A stretch of 64,000 nucleotides of DNA from the NCBI RefSeq assembly GCF_002087085.1, contig NZ_MWQY01000006.1, positions 1-64,000 on the forward strand, in the 5' to 3' direction. A program made the position numbers and the translations under genes. Each line of letters begins with the position of its first letter. Within the stretch, counting starts at the first letter, position 1. Shown in pieces: positions 40,883-52,223 of the stretch. The notes beneath the pieces are model-generated. The model made no database searches and was not told the DNA's origin. It saw only the letters and a program-made list of their open reading frames with translations.

Positions 40883-42958
40883 CTAGTTCCAGTAGCTTTT
40901 CAGGAGAGGTGCTATAACCAGCGAAATGATGGCCATCATCTTGATCAGAATATTCAGAGAGGGGCCGGCGGTATCCTTGAAGGGATCCCCCACGGTGTCT
41001 CCCACGATGGAGGCCTTGTGGCTGGCCGAGCCTTTTCCTTCGCTGGCTCCCTCTTCTATGCTCTTTTTGGCATTATCCCAGGCACCCCCGGAATTGGCCA
41101 TAAAGATGGAGAGGATTACCCCGGATACCGTGGTACCGGCGAGGAGGCCCATCAGCATTCTGGTGCCCCCCAAAAATCCGACGGCAATCGGTGCCAGGGC
41201 CGCCACAAGGCCTGGGGCAACCATTTCCGTAAGCGCGGAGCTGGTACTGATATCGATACAGCGGTTGTAATCCGGAGCATCCTTCCCGCTGAGGATCCCG
41301 GGTTTCTCCCTGAACTGCCGGCGGACCTCCTGAATCATGGCAAAGGCTGCCCGGCCGATGGCCCCCATGGCCATGCTTGAGAAGAGATAGGGAATGGCCG
41401 CCCCCAGAAAGAGCCCCACCAGCACCGTGGGGTCGGTAAGATCTATGGACTCGATTCCCGCCTGCTCCTTGAAGGCTACAAAGAGAATAACTGCTGTCAG
41501 TGCAGCGGAACCGATGGCAAAACCCTTTCCGATGGCCGCCGTTGTGTTTCCCACGGCGTCCAGCCTGTCGGTTACGCTTCGCACCTCCGGCGGCAATTCC
41601 GCCATCTCGGCAAGCCCCCCGGCATTATCGGCGATTGGTCCGTAGGCATCAACCGCCAGCTGAATTCCAAGGGTGCAGAGCATCCCCAGGGCGGAGATTC
41701 CCAGCCCGTAGAGCCCGGCCATCAGGTAGCTGAGCATCAGGACAGCGGAGATAATCAGGATTGTCAGAAAGCTGGACCGCATGCCGATTCCGATACCGGT
41801 AATAATGGTGGTGGCCGGGCCGGTTTCGCAGGCCTTGACGATGGCATTGACCGGGCCGCGGTTCATGCCGGTAAAATACTCGGTCAGCATTCCGATACCC
41901 ACACCCGCAACAAGACCGACAATAAAGCTGAGGTAGATCTGGTTAAAGCCCGCCTGCCCGACACGATGGTCCCCCAGGATATACCAGAAGAGGGGGTATG
42001 CCCCAAGAGCGGCGATCAGGGCTGCGGTATAGGACCCGCGGTTCAGGGAGGCCTGGGGAGAGATGCCGGACCCCCGGCCCACAAGCCGGATGCCGATGAT
42101 CGACCCGACGACTCCCAGGGCGCTGAGGAGCAGGGGCAGGGCCACAAGTTCCGTCCTGATCTCCGGAGAGACAATTGCAGTCTGACCGAGGATAATACAA
42201 CCGACAATGGTACCCACATAGGACTCGAAGAGGTCCGCTCCCATACCGGCGACGTCTCCCACATTATCCCCCACATTATCGGCTATGGTGGCAGGATTAC
42301 GGGGATCGTCCTCCGGGATATTGGCCTCAAGCTTTCCCACAAGATCGGCCCCGATGTCGGCGGCCTTCGTATATATGCCTCCACCCACCCGGGTAAAGAG
42401 GGCGATTGAGGAGGCTCCCATGGAAAAGCCCGTCAAAAGGGGAAGCCCTATATCCGTCATGGCCTGGGTCTGCCGGCCGGTAAAGATGATTATCACCGCG
42501 GAAAGCACGGCAAATAGCCCCAGAAGGGCAAGTCCCACCACGCTCAGGCCCATGACACTTCCGCCGGTAAAGGAGAGAAGCAGGGCGGGGGCGAGCCCCT
42601 TCTCGGCGGCGCTTGTCGTGCGGGCATTGGAGGCGGTGGCTACCTTCATACCGATAAACCCGGCAAGGGCGGAGCATGCCGCCCCCAGTGTAAAAGTCAG
42701 GGCCTGAAACCCGAGCTGTCCTCGGTTGGCCAGGGCCAGGAAAACCGCAACCATCAGTACAAAGGGAATCAGAACCCGATACTCCCGGCCGAGAAAGGTC
42801 ATTGCGCCGTTGGAAACATACCCGCTTATCCGAAGAAGCTTTTCATTCTCCACCGGCTGCCTGAAAATCCAGCGGGTCTTGTAAATTCCGTAGATCAGAG
42901 AAACCAGGGACATAATCAGAACAGCAAACAGAGCACAGGCAAGTATGTTTACATCCAT
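40883..42958 (-). CDS. hppA: Membrane-bound pyrophosphatase, K+-dependent, probably Na+-translocating
   Basis: [60 protein letters not shown]. Confidence 0.95.
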   Translation of the reverse strand: MDVNILACALFAVLIMSLVSLIYGIYKTRWIFRQPVENEKLLRISGYVSNGAMTFLGREYRVLIPFVLMVAVFLALANRGQLGFQALTFTLGAACSALAGFIGMKVATASNARTTSAAEKGLAPALLLSFTGGSVMGLSVVGLALLGLFAVLSAVIIIFTGRQTQAMTDIGLPLLTGFSMGASSIALFTRVGGGIYTKAADIGADLVGKLEANIPEDDPRNPATIADNVGDNVGDVAGMGADLFESYVGTIVGCIILGQTAIVSPEIRTELVALPLLLSALGVVGSIIGIRLVGRGSGISPQASLNRGSYTAALIAALGAYPLFWYILGDHRVGQAGFNQIYLSFIVGLVAGVGIGMLTEYFTGMNRGPVNAIVKACETGPATTIITGIGIGMRSSFLTILIISAVLMLSYLMAGLYGLGISALGMLCTLGIQLAVDAYGPIADNAGGLAEMAELPPEVRSVTDRLDAVGNTTAAIGKGFAIGSAALTAVILFVAFKEQAGIESIDLTDPTVLVGLFLGAAIPYLFSSMAMGAIGRAAFAMIQEVRRQFREKPGILSGKDAPDYNRCIDISTSSALTEMVAPGLVAALAPIAVGFLGGTRMLMGLLAGTTVSGVILSIFMANSGGAWDNAKKSIEEGASEGKGSASHKASIVGDTVGDPFKDTAGPSLNILIKMMAIISLVIAPLLKSYWN

Positions 42959-42999
42959 TTCACCTTCTCCGCAGTTTCTTCCGGTTTGCCGGACACTGT

Positions 43000-43242
43000 C
43001 TAGAACTTCATTAAAAACGGTACCGAACTTTCTGCAACCTCATGCACCGTATTGTACAGCTCCTGTTCCATCCACCACTTTTTATCGAAATACCTGTCCT
43101 CCTCCCGTACCACTTTCCGGAAGAGGGGATTGAAGATATAGAGAGTCCCCCGGACCCTTTCGTCCTCGTCGAACTCGATGATATGATAATATTTTTCTTC
43201 CCTGCCGCCGCCGAACGCTTTGTACCAACGGGAGGCCTTCAT
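43000..43242 (-). CDS. Small hypothetical protein, 80 aa
   Basis: Protein-like composition; co-oriented 41 nt upstream of hppA; weak RBS. Confidence 0.55.
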   Translation of the reverse strand: MKASRWYKAFGGGREEKYYHIIEFDEDERVRGTLYIFNPLFRKVVREEDRYFDKKWWMEQELYNTVHEVAESSVPFLMKF

Positions 43243-43481
43243 ACTCTAATGATAGGGGTACTTTTACAGCTGGGCAAGTTTTTTTCCCTGCCGGCGCTTG
43301 AGGCACAAATCCATACCTGATATGATAAAGAGAATCATTCTGAGAGGTTGCCTCCATTCGTCGCGGCTTCAAGGAGCACGAACCCAATTCTTATCCAAAG
43401 GCTGGTACTGATGGAAAAGAGAAGCTCATCTCCCCGGGGTTCCGGAAGCAGAGTATCCCCACCGTACCGTAAAAAAACGGT

Positions 43482-44234
43482 ATGAAGTTCATAAAAATCT
43501 CAGTTTTTCCTCTGCTTCTGACAGGCATTTACCTGCTGATCTGCCGCTTCGATATTGTCAATCCCTACCTGATCCCCCGGCCCGGGCAGCTTATCACCGC
43601 GCTGCTCTCGTTAACAGGCAGGGGCATCCTGCAGCACCACATTGCCGTATCTCTGCAGAGGGTCTTCGCAGGATTTTTTCTGACCCTTCTTTTTGCCCTC
43701 CCCATGGCCCTGTTCTTCCACTTTTACCGTCGAATATCCGCCTTCCTTCTGGGTACCCTCCATTTCCTCAGAAACACCCCTCCCCTGGCTATGGTTCCCC
43801 TTCTTATACTCTGGTTCGGTATCGGGGAGGCATCAAAACTGGTCCTGATAATCATGGCCAGTTTTTTTCCTGTTTTTCTCAATACCCTCAGCGGTCTTCA
43901 GCAGGTGGATTCCAGGCTGATAGAAATGGGGGACACCCTGGAACTGAACAGATGGGAAAAAATCATCCACATCCTTCTACCCGAGGCCCTTCCAACGGTA
44001 CTGACGGGCATGCGCCTCTCCTTCGGATACAGCTGGCGCGCCCTGATCGGAGCGGAGATGATAGCGGCATCCAGCGGACTGGGATACATGATTCTGGATG
44101 CCCAGGAACTGGCCAGAACCGACATCGTCTTTATCGGGATTCTGGCCATCGGGCTCTCCGGTCTGCTGCTGGACATCCTTTTCCAGCGTGTTATTCAGCA
44201 TATCTTTCCCTGGATTCCCGGTGAGGTGATATGA
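43482..44234 (+). CDS. NitT/TauT (SsuC-like) ABC permease
   Basis: SLQRV, PPLAMVPL...WFGIGE, GAEM...SGLGY. Confidence 0.92.
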   Translation: MKFIKISVFPLLLTGIYLLICRFDIVNPYLIPRPGQLITALLSLTGRGILQHHIAVSLQRVFAGFFLTLLFALPMALFFHFYRRISAFLLGTLHFLRNTPPLAMVPLLILWFGIGEASKLVLIIMASFFPVFLNTLSGLQQVDSRLIEMGDTLELNRWEKIIHILLPEALPTVLTGMRLSFGYSWRALIGAEMIAASSGLGYMILDAQELARTDIVFIGILAIGLSGLLLDILFQRVIQHIFPWIPGEVI

Positions 44235-44992
44235 AGGGTTGTACTCTCAGCAACGTCTCGAAAAGTTTTAACCTTGACGGAAAAAAGGTGCGGGCCCTGA
44301 AGGGAATCAATCTCTCCATACCCAGGGGAGGCTTTGTTTCCCTGGTCGGCTACAGCGGCTGCGGAAAGAGCACCCTTCTTAAAATCATTATTGGCCTGCT
44401 CCCGGCGGATGAGGGCTCGGTCACGTTTACCGGCATGGAGGGACGAAGCGGAATTGTTTTTCAGGAACCCAGGCTCATTGCCTCAAGGAATGTGGAAAAG
44501 AATATCGCCCTCGCCCTCAGGCACGAAAAGGATCCCGAAACCAGAAAGAGAATCATACGGGATATACTCCAGATGCTGGCGCTTACCCCCTTCAGAAAGG
44601 CCTACCCCTGGCAGCTCTCCGGAGGAATGGCCCAGCGGACAGCCCTTGGCAGGGCCCTCTGCCGACAGCCGGAATTACTGCTCATGGATGAAGCCTTCGG
44701 AGCCCTGGACGCCTTGACCAGGGCCCGTCTGCAGGATGAACTGATTCGAATCTACCTGAAGCGTGGAATTACCGTCCTCTTCGTTACCCATGACGTTGCC
44801 GAAGCAGCATATCTGGGCAATAGAGTTCTTGTCATGCGGAAAGCGCAGATAGTCGACGATATACCCGTTCCCCTTTCATATCCCCGAAGCAGGATTTCAC
44901 CTGAACTCCTGTCAATACAGGAGAGGATTCTCGCATCCATGGCCCGAAACAGGGAACGTGAAGATGCGGAAAAATATATTCACGAGGAGTAA
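44231..44992 (+). CDS. NitT/TauT (SsuB-like) ABC ATP-binding protein
   Basis: GYSGCGKST, LSGGMAQR, MDEAFGALD, VTHD. Confidence 0.93.
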   Translation: MKGCTLSNVSKSFNLDGKKVRALKGINLSIPRGGFVSLVGYSGCGKSTLLKIIIGLLPADEGSVTFTGMEGRSGIVFQEPRLIASRNVEKNIALALRHEKDPETRKRIIRDILQMLALTPFRKAYPWQLSGGMAQRTALGRALCRQPELLLMDEAFGALDALTRARLQDELIRIYLKRGITVLFVTHDVAEAAYLGNRVLVMRKAQIVDDIPVPLSYPRSRISPELLSIQERILASMARNREREDAEKYIHEE

Positions 44993-44995
44993 TCC

Positions 44996-45949
44996 ATGCG
45001 AAAGATCATCTGTGCTGTTCTTGTACTGTCTGTTGTATCTTCAATCTGTTTCGCCGGCGGGGAAGCGGAGAAACCCCTGGAAGCGATTAACGTCTCCTAC
45101 GTAAAATCCCCTTTCAATCTGCCGCAGATAATCATGAAAAAGCGGGGAATGCTGGACAAGGCATTCGCTGAGGAGGGAATCCGGGTAGGCTATCACGCGA
45201 TAGAATCCGGGTCGCAGCAGGCCCAGGCCATGGCTGCGGGCTCGCTGGATATAGGCGGGGTCATGAATACCACCTCGGTGCTTCTGGCGACGGCCGCCGG
45301 AAACGATGTACGCATAATCTCCGGTTTCAGCCGTCCGGAAGGGATCTTTGCCATTGTCAGCGCGGATCCGTCGATTACAGGGATCCGGGATCTGCAGGGA
45401 AAAAAGGCAGGAGGGCCCAAGGGAACAGTCCTTCATCAACTGCTGGCGGCCGCCATGGAATCGCAGGGCCTGGATATTTCTGACCTGGAGTTCCTCCAGA
45501 TGTCCATTCCCCAGGCCTCCACGGCTATGCTGGCCGGACACCTGGACGCTGCCCTGCTGGCGGGGAGCATTCTGATACAGGCCCGAAACAGCGGCGCCCA
45601 TGTTGTCGTTACCGCCGAAGGACTCGTAAGTCCGAAACTGGTCATATGCGCCCGGGGAGGATTTCTTGAGTCCCATCCTGAAGCCGTGGATCTCTATTTA
45701 CAAATACACAGGGAAGCCCTTGCCTGGATGAAGGCGAATGAAGAGGAGGCCCTCCGGATCGGCGCAGAGGAACAGGGGATATCCCTGGATGATGCCAGGA
45801 TACTCTACGAGTGGACTCGTTTTACCGACAGGCTGATCCCTGAGGATCTGGAAACAATGAGAGACGATATCAGGTTCATGCTGCAGAACGGGATGCTCAC
45901 CAGAGAGACGGCCCCCGAAAACTGCATAGCCCCCTTTGCCCTGCCTTAA
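44996..45949 (+). CDS. NitT/TauT (SsuA-like) substrate-binding protein
   Basis: Signal peptide; [20 protein letters not shown]; operon context. Confidence 0.88.
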   Translation: MRKIICAVLVLSVVSSICFAGGEAEKPLEAINVSYVKSPFNLPQIIMKKRGMLDKAFAEEGIRVGYHAIESGSQQAQAMAAGSLDIGGVMNTTSVLLATAAGNDVRIISGFSRPEGIFAIVSADPSITGIRDLQGKKAGGPKGTVLHQLLAAAMESQGLDISDLEFLQMSIPQASTAMLAGHLDAALLAGSILIQARNSGAHVVVTAEGLVSPKLVICARGGFLESHPEAVDLYLQIHREALAWMKANEEEALRIGAEEQGISLDDARILYEWTRFTDRLIPEDLETMRDDIRFMLQNGMLTRETAPENCIAPFALP

Positions 45950-47583
45950 AGCTGTCTGCCGGGCTCTCCGGACTCCCCGGAGAGCTCCTTTATGGAACGG
46001 TGGAGGGACGCAGTACGCCGGGCGGTCTCGTTGATTATGCCGTCCAGGTGCTGCACAGCCCCCTGAATGCTCTGTACCGATCCGCTTACAACCTCGGAAG
46101 CGGAGGTTATATCGGTTACCATGGATTCTATGGCAGTCACATTGCGGCCGATTTCGTTCTGGTCATTCCCGATCTCCTGGGAGCCTTCGTTTATTATCAC
46201 CGAACCGTCCTGAAGGGACTGCATTGCATTCATGATCTCCGTTCCGGCAAGACTCAACTCACGGGTTGACCCGGCGATCTCCTGGAAGGCCTCCAGGACC
46301 TCCTGGTTTCCCGAGTAGATGGAGGCCATCACCTGATTCAATTTTTCCGCATTTTCCACGGTCGCTTTCAGGGATGTCATAAGGCTCTTGAGGGTCGAGT
46401 CGATGGTGGTACTGTTTTCAGCCACTGACATGGCGAGTTTACGGATCTCGTCAGCTACGACGGCGAAGCCTCTGCCCGCATCTCCCGCATGAGCGGCTTC
46501 GATGGCGGCATTCATGGAGAGAATATTCGTCTGGGAAGCGATGGAACCGACGATACTGTTGATCTCCATAAGATCTTCCATTTGCCGGTTTACATGTTCA
46601 AAGGCCTTGTTGGTATCATCCAGCTGTTCCATGCCTTCTTTACTGGTAATCATCAGCTTCTCGGCGACATCTTTCTTGGCTCCGGATATGCCGGCCACGG
46701 AATTGAGGGAGGCGGCCATTTCATTTACAGATGCTGTGGTCTCCTGGACAAAGGTGTTCTGTTCCTGTACCTGGGGAATAAAGGATGCGGCCTTGCTGCC
46801 TGTTCTGTCGCTCAAGGTCTTGACCCGGGAGACGCTGTCCAGCAGGGCCCGGGTACGTTCATTCAGGAGTCCGATATGATCTGATATCTGTTCGAGGTCG
46901 GTTCTGGACTGCTGGAAGTCCCTGCTCATGGATGCCACGACTTCGCTGTTGTCACCAGCTTCGTAGACCACCGAGCGGATTCCCCGCAGGGAGTCTTCTA
47001 TCTTTCTGTTGTTCTCCTCCAGTACCAGCATCGCCTGCCGGGAAGCCCGGGCGGTCCGGAAAGCGAACATGAGCATGAGCAGATAGATTACCGAACCCAC
47101 CACAATACGGTCCGCCATGTCGGGATTCAGACCCCCAAGGGCAGGAGCCAGCAGCATCATGGCCGTAAATACCACGACGGCAAAGCCCAGGATACCCGTA
47201 GCCAGGGTATGCCACTCGGACTCGCTGACAACAAGAGAAAGTACAAGAGGAAGGACCATGTAGAACATAACCGTATGAACCTGGTAACTCGACTCGAAAT
47301 CCAGCAGCATAGAAAGCGCCGTCATTCCCAGCAGGGCGATTACAAGGGGAAAGTTGCTGGCGAAGCGGTAATGCCCTCGAAAGAGCATGAAAAGTGAAAA
47401 AACCATGGTCAGCCAGATTGTAAAAACAAGTCCAAAGCTTGTGTAATCCCCGACGATAATATCGTTAACCAGGGCCACCGGCAAAACGGCACATATCAGT
47501 ACAAGGACAAAAAATACCCCGGGGACCCTGGTCCGTACCACAATCCCTCTATCTGCATATAAAGCCTTCAGCTTCCTGATCAT
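45946..47583 (-). CDS. Methyl-accepting chemotaxis protein with multi-TM intramembrane sensor
   Basis: About 6 TM segments; [37 protein letters not shown]. Confidence 0.92.
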   Translation of the reverse strand: MIRKLKALYADRGIVVRTRVPGVFFVLVLICAVLPVALVNDIIVGDYTSFGLVFTIWLTMVFSLFMLFRGHYRFASNFPLVIALLGMTALSMLLDFESSYQVHTVMFYMVLPLVLSLVVSESEWHTLATGILGFAVVVFTAMMLLAPALGGLNPDMADRIVVGSVIYLLMLMFAFRTARASRQAMLVLEENNRKIEDSLRGIRSVVYEAGDNSEVVASMSRDFQQSRTDLEQISDHIGLLNERTRALLDSVSRVKTLSDRTGSKAASFIPQVQEQNTFVQETTASVNEMAASLNSVAGISGAKKDVAEKLMITSKEGMEQLDDTNKAFEHVNRQMEDLMEINSIVGSIASQTNILSMNAAIEAAHAGDAGRGFAVVADEIRKLAMSVAENSTTIDSTLKSLMTSLKATVENAEKLNQVMASIYSGNQEVLEAFQEIAGSTRELSLAGTEIMNAMQSLQDGSVIINEGSQEIGNDQNEIGRNVTAIESMVTDITSASEVVSGSVQSIQGAVQHLDGIINETARRTASLHRSIKELSGESGEPGRQL

Positions 47584-47693
47584 CTTGATCGCTCCCGTAA
47601 CCGCGTAGAATCGAATATGTCTGATTAATTAAGGGTAGTACAGTTTGTTATCGATATGCAATACTAATAAGCTCAAATCTGCCAAAATCTGCA

Positions 47694-49061
47694 TCACTGA
47701 GATTGAATATAGCGCTCTTCCTCTTCATGTATGCTGTGCATTATCCACAGGTAGGAGAAAATACCGCCGGCGACATTGGCCAGAAAAGCAGCCCCGAAGA
47801 TCCCCGCCACACCGAAAAGATATCGCAGAAAAAGAGCCAGGGGAATATACAGCAGAAACATCCGGGTAAGGCTTACCATGGCGGACCTCAAAGGTCTGTT
47901 CAGGCCGTTGAAACCGGAGCTGACAATCAGCAGAACCCCGTGAAAACCGTAACTCGCCGTTACAATCAACAGGTACAGGGACGTAACCTCAACAACTTCC
48001 GGATTGTCCGAGAAAATCCCCGCTATCTGATGCCTGCCCAGAATAACCGCGGCAACCCATAGAAGGCCCCACAGCATGGAGTAAAGCGAGGCCGCCCGAA
48101 GTCCCTGTACGGAACGTCCGTACTCCCGGGCTGCGGAGTTCTGGCCGACAAAAGGGACTATTACCGAGGCCAGGGCACGCATGAACGCGAGCACGAAGGT
48201 CTCAATCCTCGAGGCTACACCGAAGCCGGCAACCGCAGCAGGTCCGTAAACGGATATCAGGCGGGTAATAATCCCCACAGAGACAGGCATGATCATATTG
48301 GTCGCCATTGCCGGAAGCCCCACAAAAATAAGGCGTTTCCAGATCCCGAGAATCACAGCAGGACGAAGACCGTGGAAACCGATCATCCTTTCCCTGCGGG
48401 AGATAATCGTCATGGAGATGCTGAGTGTGGTCGCCCGGCCGATTACGGTGGCCAGGGCCGCACCCTTTATTCCCATCACCGGAAACGGACCAGGGCCGAA
48501 GATCAGCAGAGGGTCGATGATAACGTTCATCGTCGCTCCGATGATCATGATCAGGGCGGGAGTCCGTGTGTCTCCGGTGGCCCGGAGGGCGTTATTCCCC
48601 AGCATCGGGAATACGACAAAAGGCATGCCGAATAGCCATATATTCATGTAATCGAGAATATAAGGCAGGGTTTGCTGGTCAGCCCCGAGGGAAATGAAGA
48701 TGGGTTCCAGGAGGGGACGAAGCAGAGAGACAAGTATAACAACCAGAAAAAAGGCAAACATCAGCGCGCTGGTAACGATGCGCCGGACTTCTCCATCATC
48801 CCCCGAACCAATTGCCCTGGAAACCAGGGTGGAGGTACCGACACCGAGCCCCAGGGCAATGCTGTTGACCACAAAGACCAGGGGAAAGGTAAAGCTCATC
48901 GCCGCCAGGGGAATTGTTCCCAGACGGCCGACAAAATAGGTATCCGCCAGGTTAAATGCAACCATCCCGAGGATTCCCGCCAGCATGGGAACTGCCATTC
49001 CAAATACCTGAGAACCGGGATCACCGCTGGTGAGTGTTGCTCGTTGAGTAGAACCGGGCAT
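47694..49061 (-). CDS. MATE-family efflux transporter
   Basis: DTYFVGRLG, RATGDTRTP, DPLLIFG, GAALAT. Confidence 0.93.
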   Translation of the reverse strand: MPGSTQRATLTSGDPGSQVFGMAVPMLAGILGMVAFNLADTYFVGRLGTIPLAAMSFTFPLVFVVNSIALGLGVGTSTLVSRAIGSGDDGEVRRIVTSALMFAFFLVVILVSLLRPLLEPIFISLGADQQTLPYILDYMNIWLFGMPFVVFPMLGNNALRATGDTRTPALIMIIGATMNVIIDPLLIFGPGPFPVMGIKGAALATVIGRATTLSISMTIISRRERMIGFHGLRPAVILGIWKRLIFVGLPAMATNMIMPVSVGIITRLISVYGPAAVAGFGVASRIETFVLAFMRALASVIVPFVGQNSAAREYGRSVQGLRAASLYSMLWGLLWVAAVILGRHQIAGIFSDNPEVVEVTSLYLLIVTASYGFHGVLLIVSSGFNGLNRPLRSAMVSLTRMFLLYIPLALFLRYLFGVAGIFGAAFLANVAGGIFSYLWIMHSIHEEEERYIQSQ

Positions 49062-49357
49062 TCAACCTCCTGCCGCCAGGTTATAAGCCTATCGGTATCC
49101 TTTACTCCGGTCAATCGCCCGAAGAATATCTGCAAAATTCTACTTTGACGACGGCAGAAAATACTCTATTTTTTATATACAGGGAAGCTCTGAAAACGTG
49201 GTATTTTTACCCTAGTCAAGGAGGAAAGATTTTGTAGCGCCCGCAAAGTCTTGTGGTAGCAAGTGGTGAGGACCGCGGGAAATCTTGACGACGCAGATTA
49301 TGGGGAAAAGAGTAGTTTAAGAGGTGCCCTGCAGGTACTGTATTGTGGAGGATCAAA

Positions 49358-50170
49358 ATGTTTGAATGGCTTTCAGGTTTCAGCCCGGTTACCCAGGCAC
49401 TTTTTGCGACCCTTTTCACCTGGTCTGTTACCGCCCTCGGCGCTGCAATGGTCTTCTTTTTTAAATCGGTGGAGAAAAAGTATCTCGATGGCATGCTTGG
49501 GTTCGCCGCCGGGGTTATGACCGCTGCAAGTTTCTGGTCGCTGCTGGCGCCGGCCATCGATTTATCCGAAGAGATGGGACTGATCATCTGGGTCCCGCCT
49601 CTTGTGGGGTTTCTTGCAGGCGGTGTTTTTCTCCGTCTCATTGATCTCGTGCTCCCTCATCTGCACATGGGTGAGGATATAGAACAGGCTGAGGGGCTCC
49701 ATACCCAATGGAAAAAAAGCATCCTCCTCGTACTGGCGATTACACTGCACAATATACCCGAGGGACTGGCCGTAGGAGTCGCCTTCGGTGCCGTAGCCGC
49801 CGGCATACCCTCCGCCTCCATGGCCGGAGCCGTCGCCCTCGCCATGGGAATCGGACTGCAGAACTTTCCCGAAGGAACGGCCATCTCCGTACCCCTGCGA
49901 AGGGAAGGACTGTCCAGGGGGAAGGCCTTCTTCTACGGCCAGCTTTCAGGCATTGTTGAACCCATGGCAGGGGTTCTGGGGGCGGCCCTTGTGCTGTGGA
50001 TGCGGCCGATCCTGCCCTATGCACTGGCCTTTGCCGCAGGGGCCATGATTTTTGTCGTGGTGGAGGAGGCGATCCCGGAATCCCAGAATTCAGGGAATAC
50101 CCACATTGCAACCCTGGGTGCAATGCTCGGCTTTGCCATTATGATGAGCCTGGACGTGGCACTGGGATAA
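49358..50170 (+). CDS. ZIP-family metal transporter (GufA/ZupT-like)
   Basis: [36 protein letters not shown]. Confidence 0.93.
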   Translation: MFEWLSGFSPVTQALFATLFTWSVTALGAAMVFFFKSVEKKYLDGMLGFAAGVMTAASFWSLLAPAIDLSEEMGLIIWVPPLVGFLAGGVFLRLIDLVLPHLHMGEDIEQAEGLHTQWKKSILLVLAITLHNIPEGLAVGVAFGAVAAGIPSASMAGAVALAMGIGLQNFPEGTAISVPLRREGLSRGKAFFYGQLSGIVEPMAGVLGAALVLWMRPILPYALAFAAGAMIFVVVEEAIPESQNSGNTHIATLGAMLGFAIMMSLDVALG

Positions 50171-50204
50171 GGACAGGACAAACGTTCCGCATTCCTGAAC
50201 ATTC

Positions 50205-50219
50205 TACCACATTATGAAA
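50205..50219. promoter_or_regulatory. Candidate IclR/KdgR-type operator upstream of GH105
   Basis: TACCACATTATGAAA resembles the TTTCAYnnnRTGAAA sites at 62339, 62414 and 63262. Confidence 0.55.
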
Positions 50220-50279
50220 CAATTTGCTTGAAATGGTCGCTTTTCATGGTACAATAGCCGGCGAGGAGATCATGAGAAG

Positions 50280-51389
50280 ATGAATACAAATCTTATGAAT
50301 GAATTCACCCGGCAGTACATGAAGGCGGAGGGAAAATGGTTCGACCTTCGCTGGCATTATGTTCCCGGATGTATCATGAAAAGCTATCTCGATCTGTACG
50401 AAGTCACGGAGAATAACGAGTACCTGGATTTCGTAAAATCCTATATAGACCGGCTCTTTGACGAGAAGGATAATCCCATCGGTTTCAGGGAAACCGAATA
50501 CAATATTGATCAAGTACGGATCTGCAAGACCGTACTCGACCTTTACGCCATCTTTCCGGAAGAGAAGTATAAAAAGGCTGCAGACCGAATTTTTCAGCAG
50601 TTCGAGAACTATCCCCGCACAAAGGAGGGGAGTTTCTGGCACAAGGAGTTCTACTACAACCAGGTATGGCTTGACGGACTCTACATGGGGCAGCCCTTCT
50701 ACGTGCACTACATCAGGGATTTTCTGCCCGATAAGGACTATTCCGATACCATAAACCAGTTCGAGGTGTGCAGAAAACGGCTCTACGATCCGGAGCTCAA
50801 ACTCTACAAGCACGCCTATGATGAGGCAAAGAAGATGGACTGGGCGGACAGGCAGACCGGTCGCTCTTCCATTGTCTGGCTCAGGGCCGTCGGATGGTAC
50901 CTGATGGCCCTGGTGGACGTCATGGAAATCATCGGCCCCGAAGAAACAGGATACCCGGTTTTGCAGGATCTGCTGACCGAAGCCCTTGAAGGACTCATGC
51001 CCTATCGCCACGAAAGCGGAATGTGGTACCAGGTTGTCGACCAGGGCGGCAGGGAGAACAACTATCTGGAAACCAGCGGAACCTGCATGGCCTCATATGC
51101 CATGTTGAAGGGAGTGCGCATGGAGATCCTCCCGCAGGAGTACCGGAAACGGGGACTTGAATCCCTCGAGGGTACAGTGGAGCAGTACCTGCATAAAAAA
51201 GACGGTGAGATCCTAATCGGCGGCATCTGCCGCAGCGCCGGTCTCGGAATGCATCCGGAGGCACAATACATGAGAGATGGAAGCTACGACTATTACACCA
51301 CCGGGGAACAGGTAGTCGAGAACAACGGTCACGGGGTTGCTCCCCTTTTTATGGCCTATGCAGAGTCTCTCAGGATCTCAGAAATATAA
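50280..51389 (+). CDS. GH105 unsaturated rhamnogalacturonyl/glucuronyl hydrolase (YteR-like)
   Basis: YNID, FWHK, VWLDGLYM, HAYDE, WLRAVGW, ETSG. Confidence 0.92.
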   Translation: MNTNLMNEFTRQYMKAEGKWFDLRWHYVPGCIMKSYLDLYEVTENNEYLDFVKSYIDRLFDEKDNPIGFRETEYNIDQVRICKTVLDLYAIFPEEKYKKAADRIFQQFENYPRTKEGSFWHKEFYYNQVWLDGLYMGQPFYVHYIRDFLPDKDYSDTINQFEVCRKRLYDPELKLYKHAYDEAKKMDWADRQTGRSSIVWLRAVGWYLMALVDVMEIIGPEETGYPVLQDLLTEALEGLMPYRHESGMWYQVVDQGGRENNYLETSGTCMASYAMLKGVRMEILPQEYRKRGLESLEGTVEQYLHKKDGEILIGGICRSAGLGMHPEAQYMRDGSYDYYTTGEQVVENNGHGVAPLFMAYAESLRISEI

Positions 51390-52222
51390 TGAAACTCGGC
51401 ATCCGGGCCCACGATATGGGCATGAAGGAGTCCTTTGAGGAGGTCGCCAGATCCGCAGGGGAACTGGGGTTTGAATCGGTTCAGCTCGTCCTTCACAAGG
51501 CCGTAAGAAATGCCCGTCATCAGGCGGGGGAGCTTTCCCCGGAGTACTGCAGCCGCATACGAAGGGCCTTTGAAGGGCAGGGCCTGGAAATCGCCCTGCT
51601 GGGAGCCTACTTCAACTGGTTCCACGATGAGGGTGCCCGGGGGAAAGCCAAATACATCGACCATCTGCGCCATGCAAAGGCGATGGGAAGCCCCATGGTC
51701 GGAACCGAGGTCCAGGGGGTGCGGAAGGACCGCTGGGGTAGCATCCCTGAAAACGAAAGCCCGGAAGCCTGGTCCCTGGTGATTGAGACAGCAGGAGAGC
51801 TTGCTGAAGCTGCACAGGAAGCCGGTGTTCTGGCAGGTATCGAAGGAGCCTGCTCCCATGTCCTTTCCACCCCGCGAAAGGTTCTTGAGCTGACCGAACA
51901 GGCCGGTCCGGAGGGTTTTGCCCTGATCTTCGACCTCTTCAATTTCCTGAATCAGCATAACTACACGGAACAGCGGCGGATCATCGATGAAGCTCTGGAG
52001 CTGTACGGTGAAAAACTGGCGGTGGTCCACTGCAAGGACTTTGTGCCGAAAAAGGATTCTCTTGAGCAGGTTCCCCCGGGGGAAGGCCTTTTCGACTACC
52101 CCTATCTGATACGGAGGCTGAAAAGCCTTGGCCGGGACGATATGCACCTGATATTCGAGGGAGTCACCGGAGACGCCATAGTAAGCAGCCGGGACCATAT
52201 TCTCCGTCTTATGGAGCAGTAG
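51389..52222 (+). CDS. Sugar phosphate isomerase/epimerase family TIM-barrel protein
   Basis: LGIRAHD, GTE, IEG, FDLFN, HCKD, GEG..DY, IFE; TAATG coupling to GH105. Confidence 0.85.
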   Translation: MKLGIRAHDMGMKESFEEVARSAGELGFESVQLVLHKAVRNARHQAGELSPEYCSRIRRAFEGQGLEIALLGAYFNWFHDEGARGKAKYIDHLRHAKAMGSPMVGTEVQGVRKDRWGSIPENESPEAWSLVIETAGELAEAAQEAGVLAGIEGACSHVLSTPRKVLELTEQAGPEGFALIFDLFNFLNQHNYTEQRRIIDEALELYGEKLAVVHCKDFVPKKDSLEQVPPGEGLFDYPYLIRRLKSLGRDDMHLIFEGVTGDAIVSSRDHILRLMEQ

Positions 52223-52223
52223 A

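Noticed and set aside
43082..43387. Frameshift fusion of the 101-aa ORF with the 80-aa ORF
   Set aside because: An in-frame TAG lies just before the 80-aa ATG and the 101-aa frame is not protein-like.
43243..43460. Possible SAM-I or TPP riboswitch (TTCTTATCC; ACCTGAT and CTGAGA words)
   Set aside because: The SAM-I core (GAGGGA, GCAACC, closing GATAAG) is missing and the TPP elements are in the wrong order.
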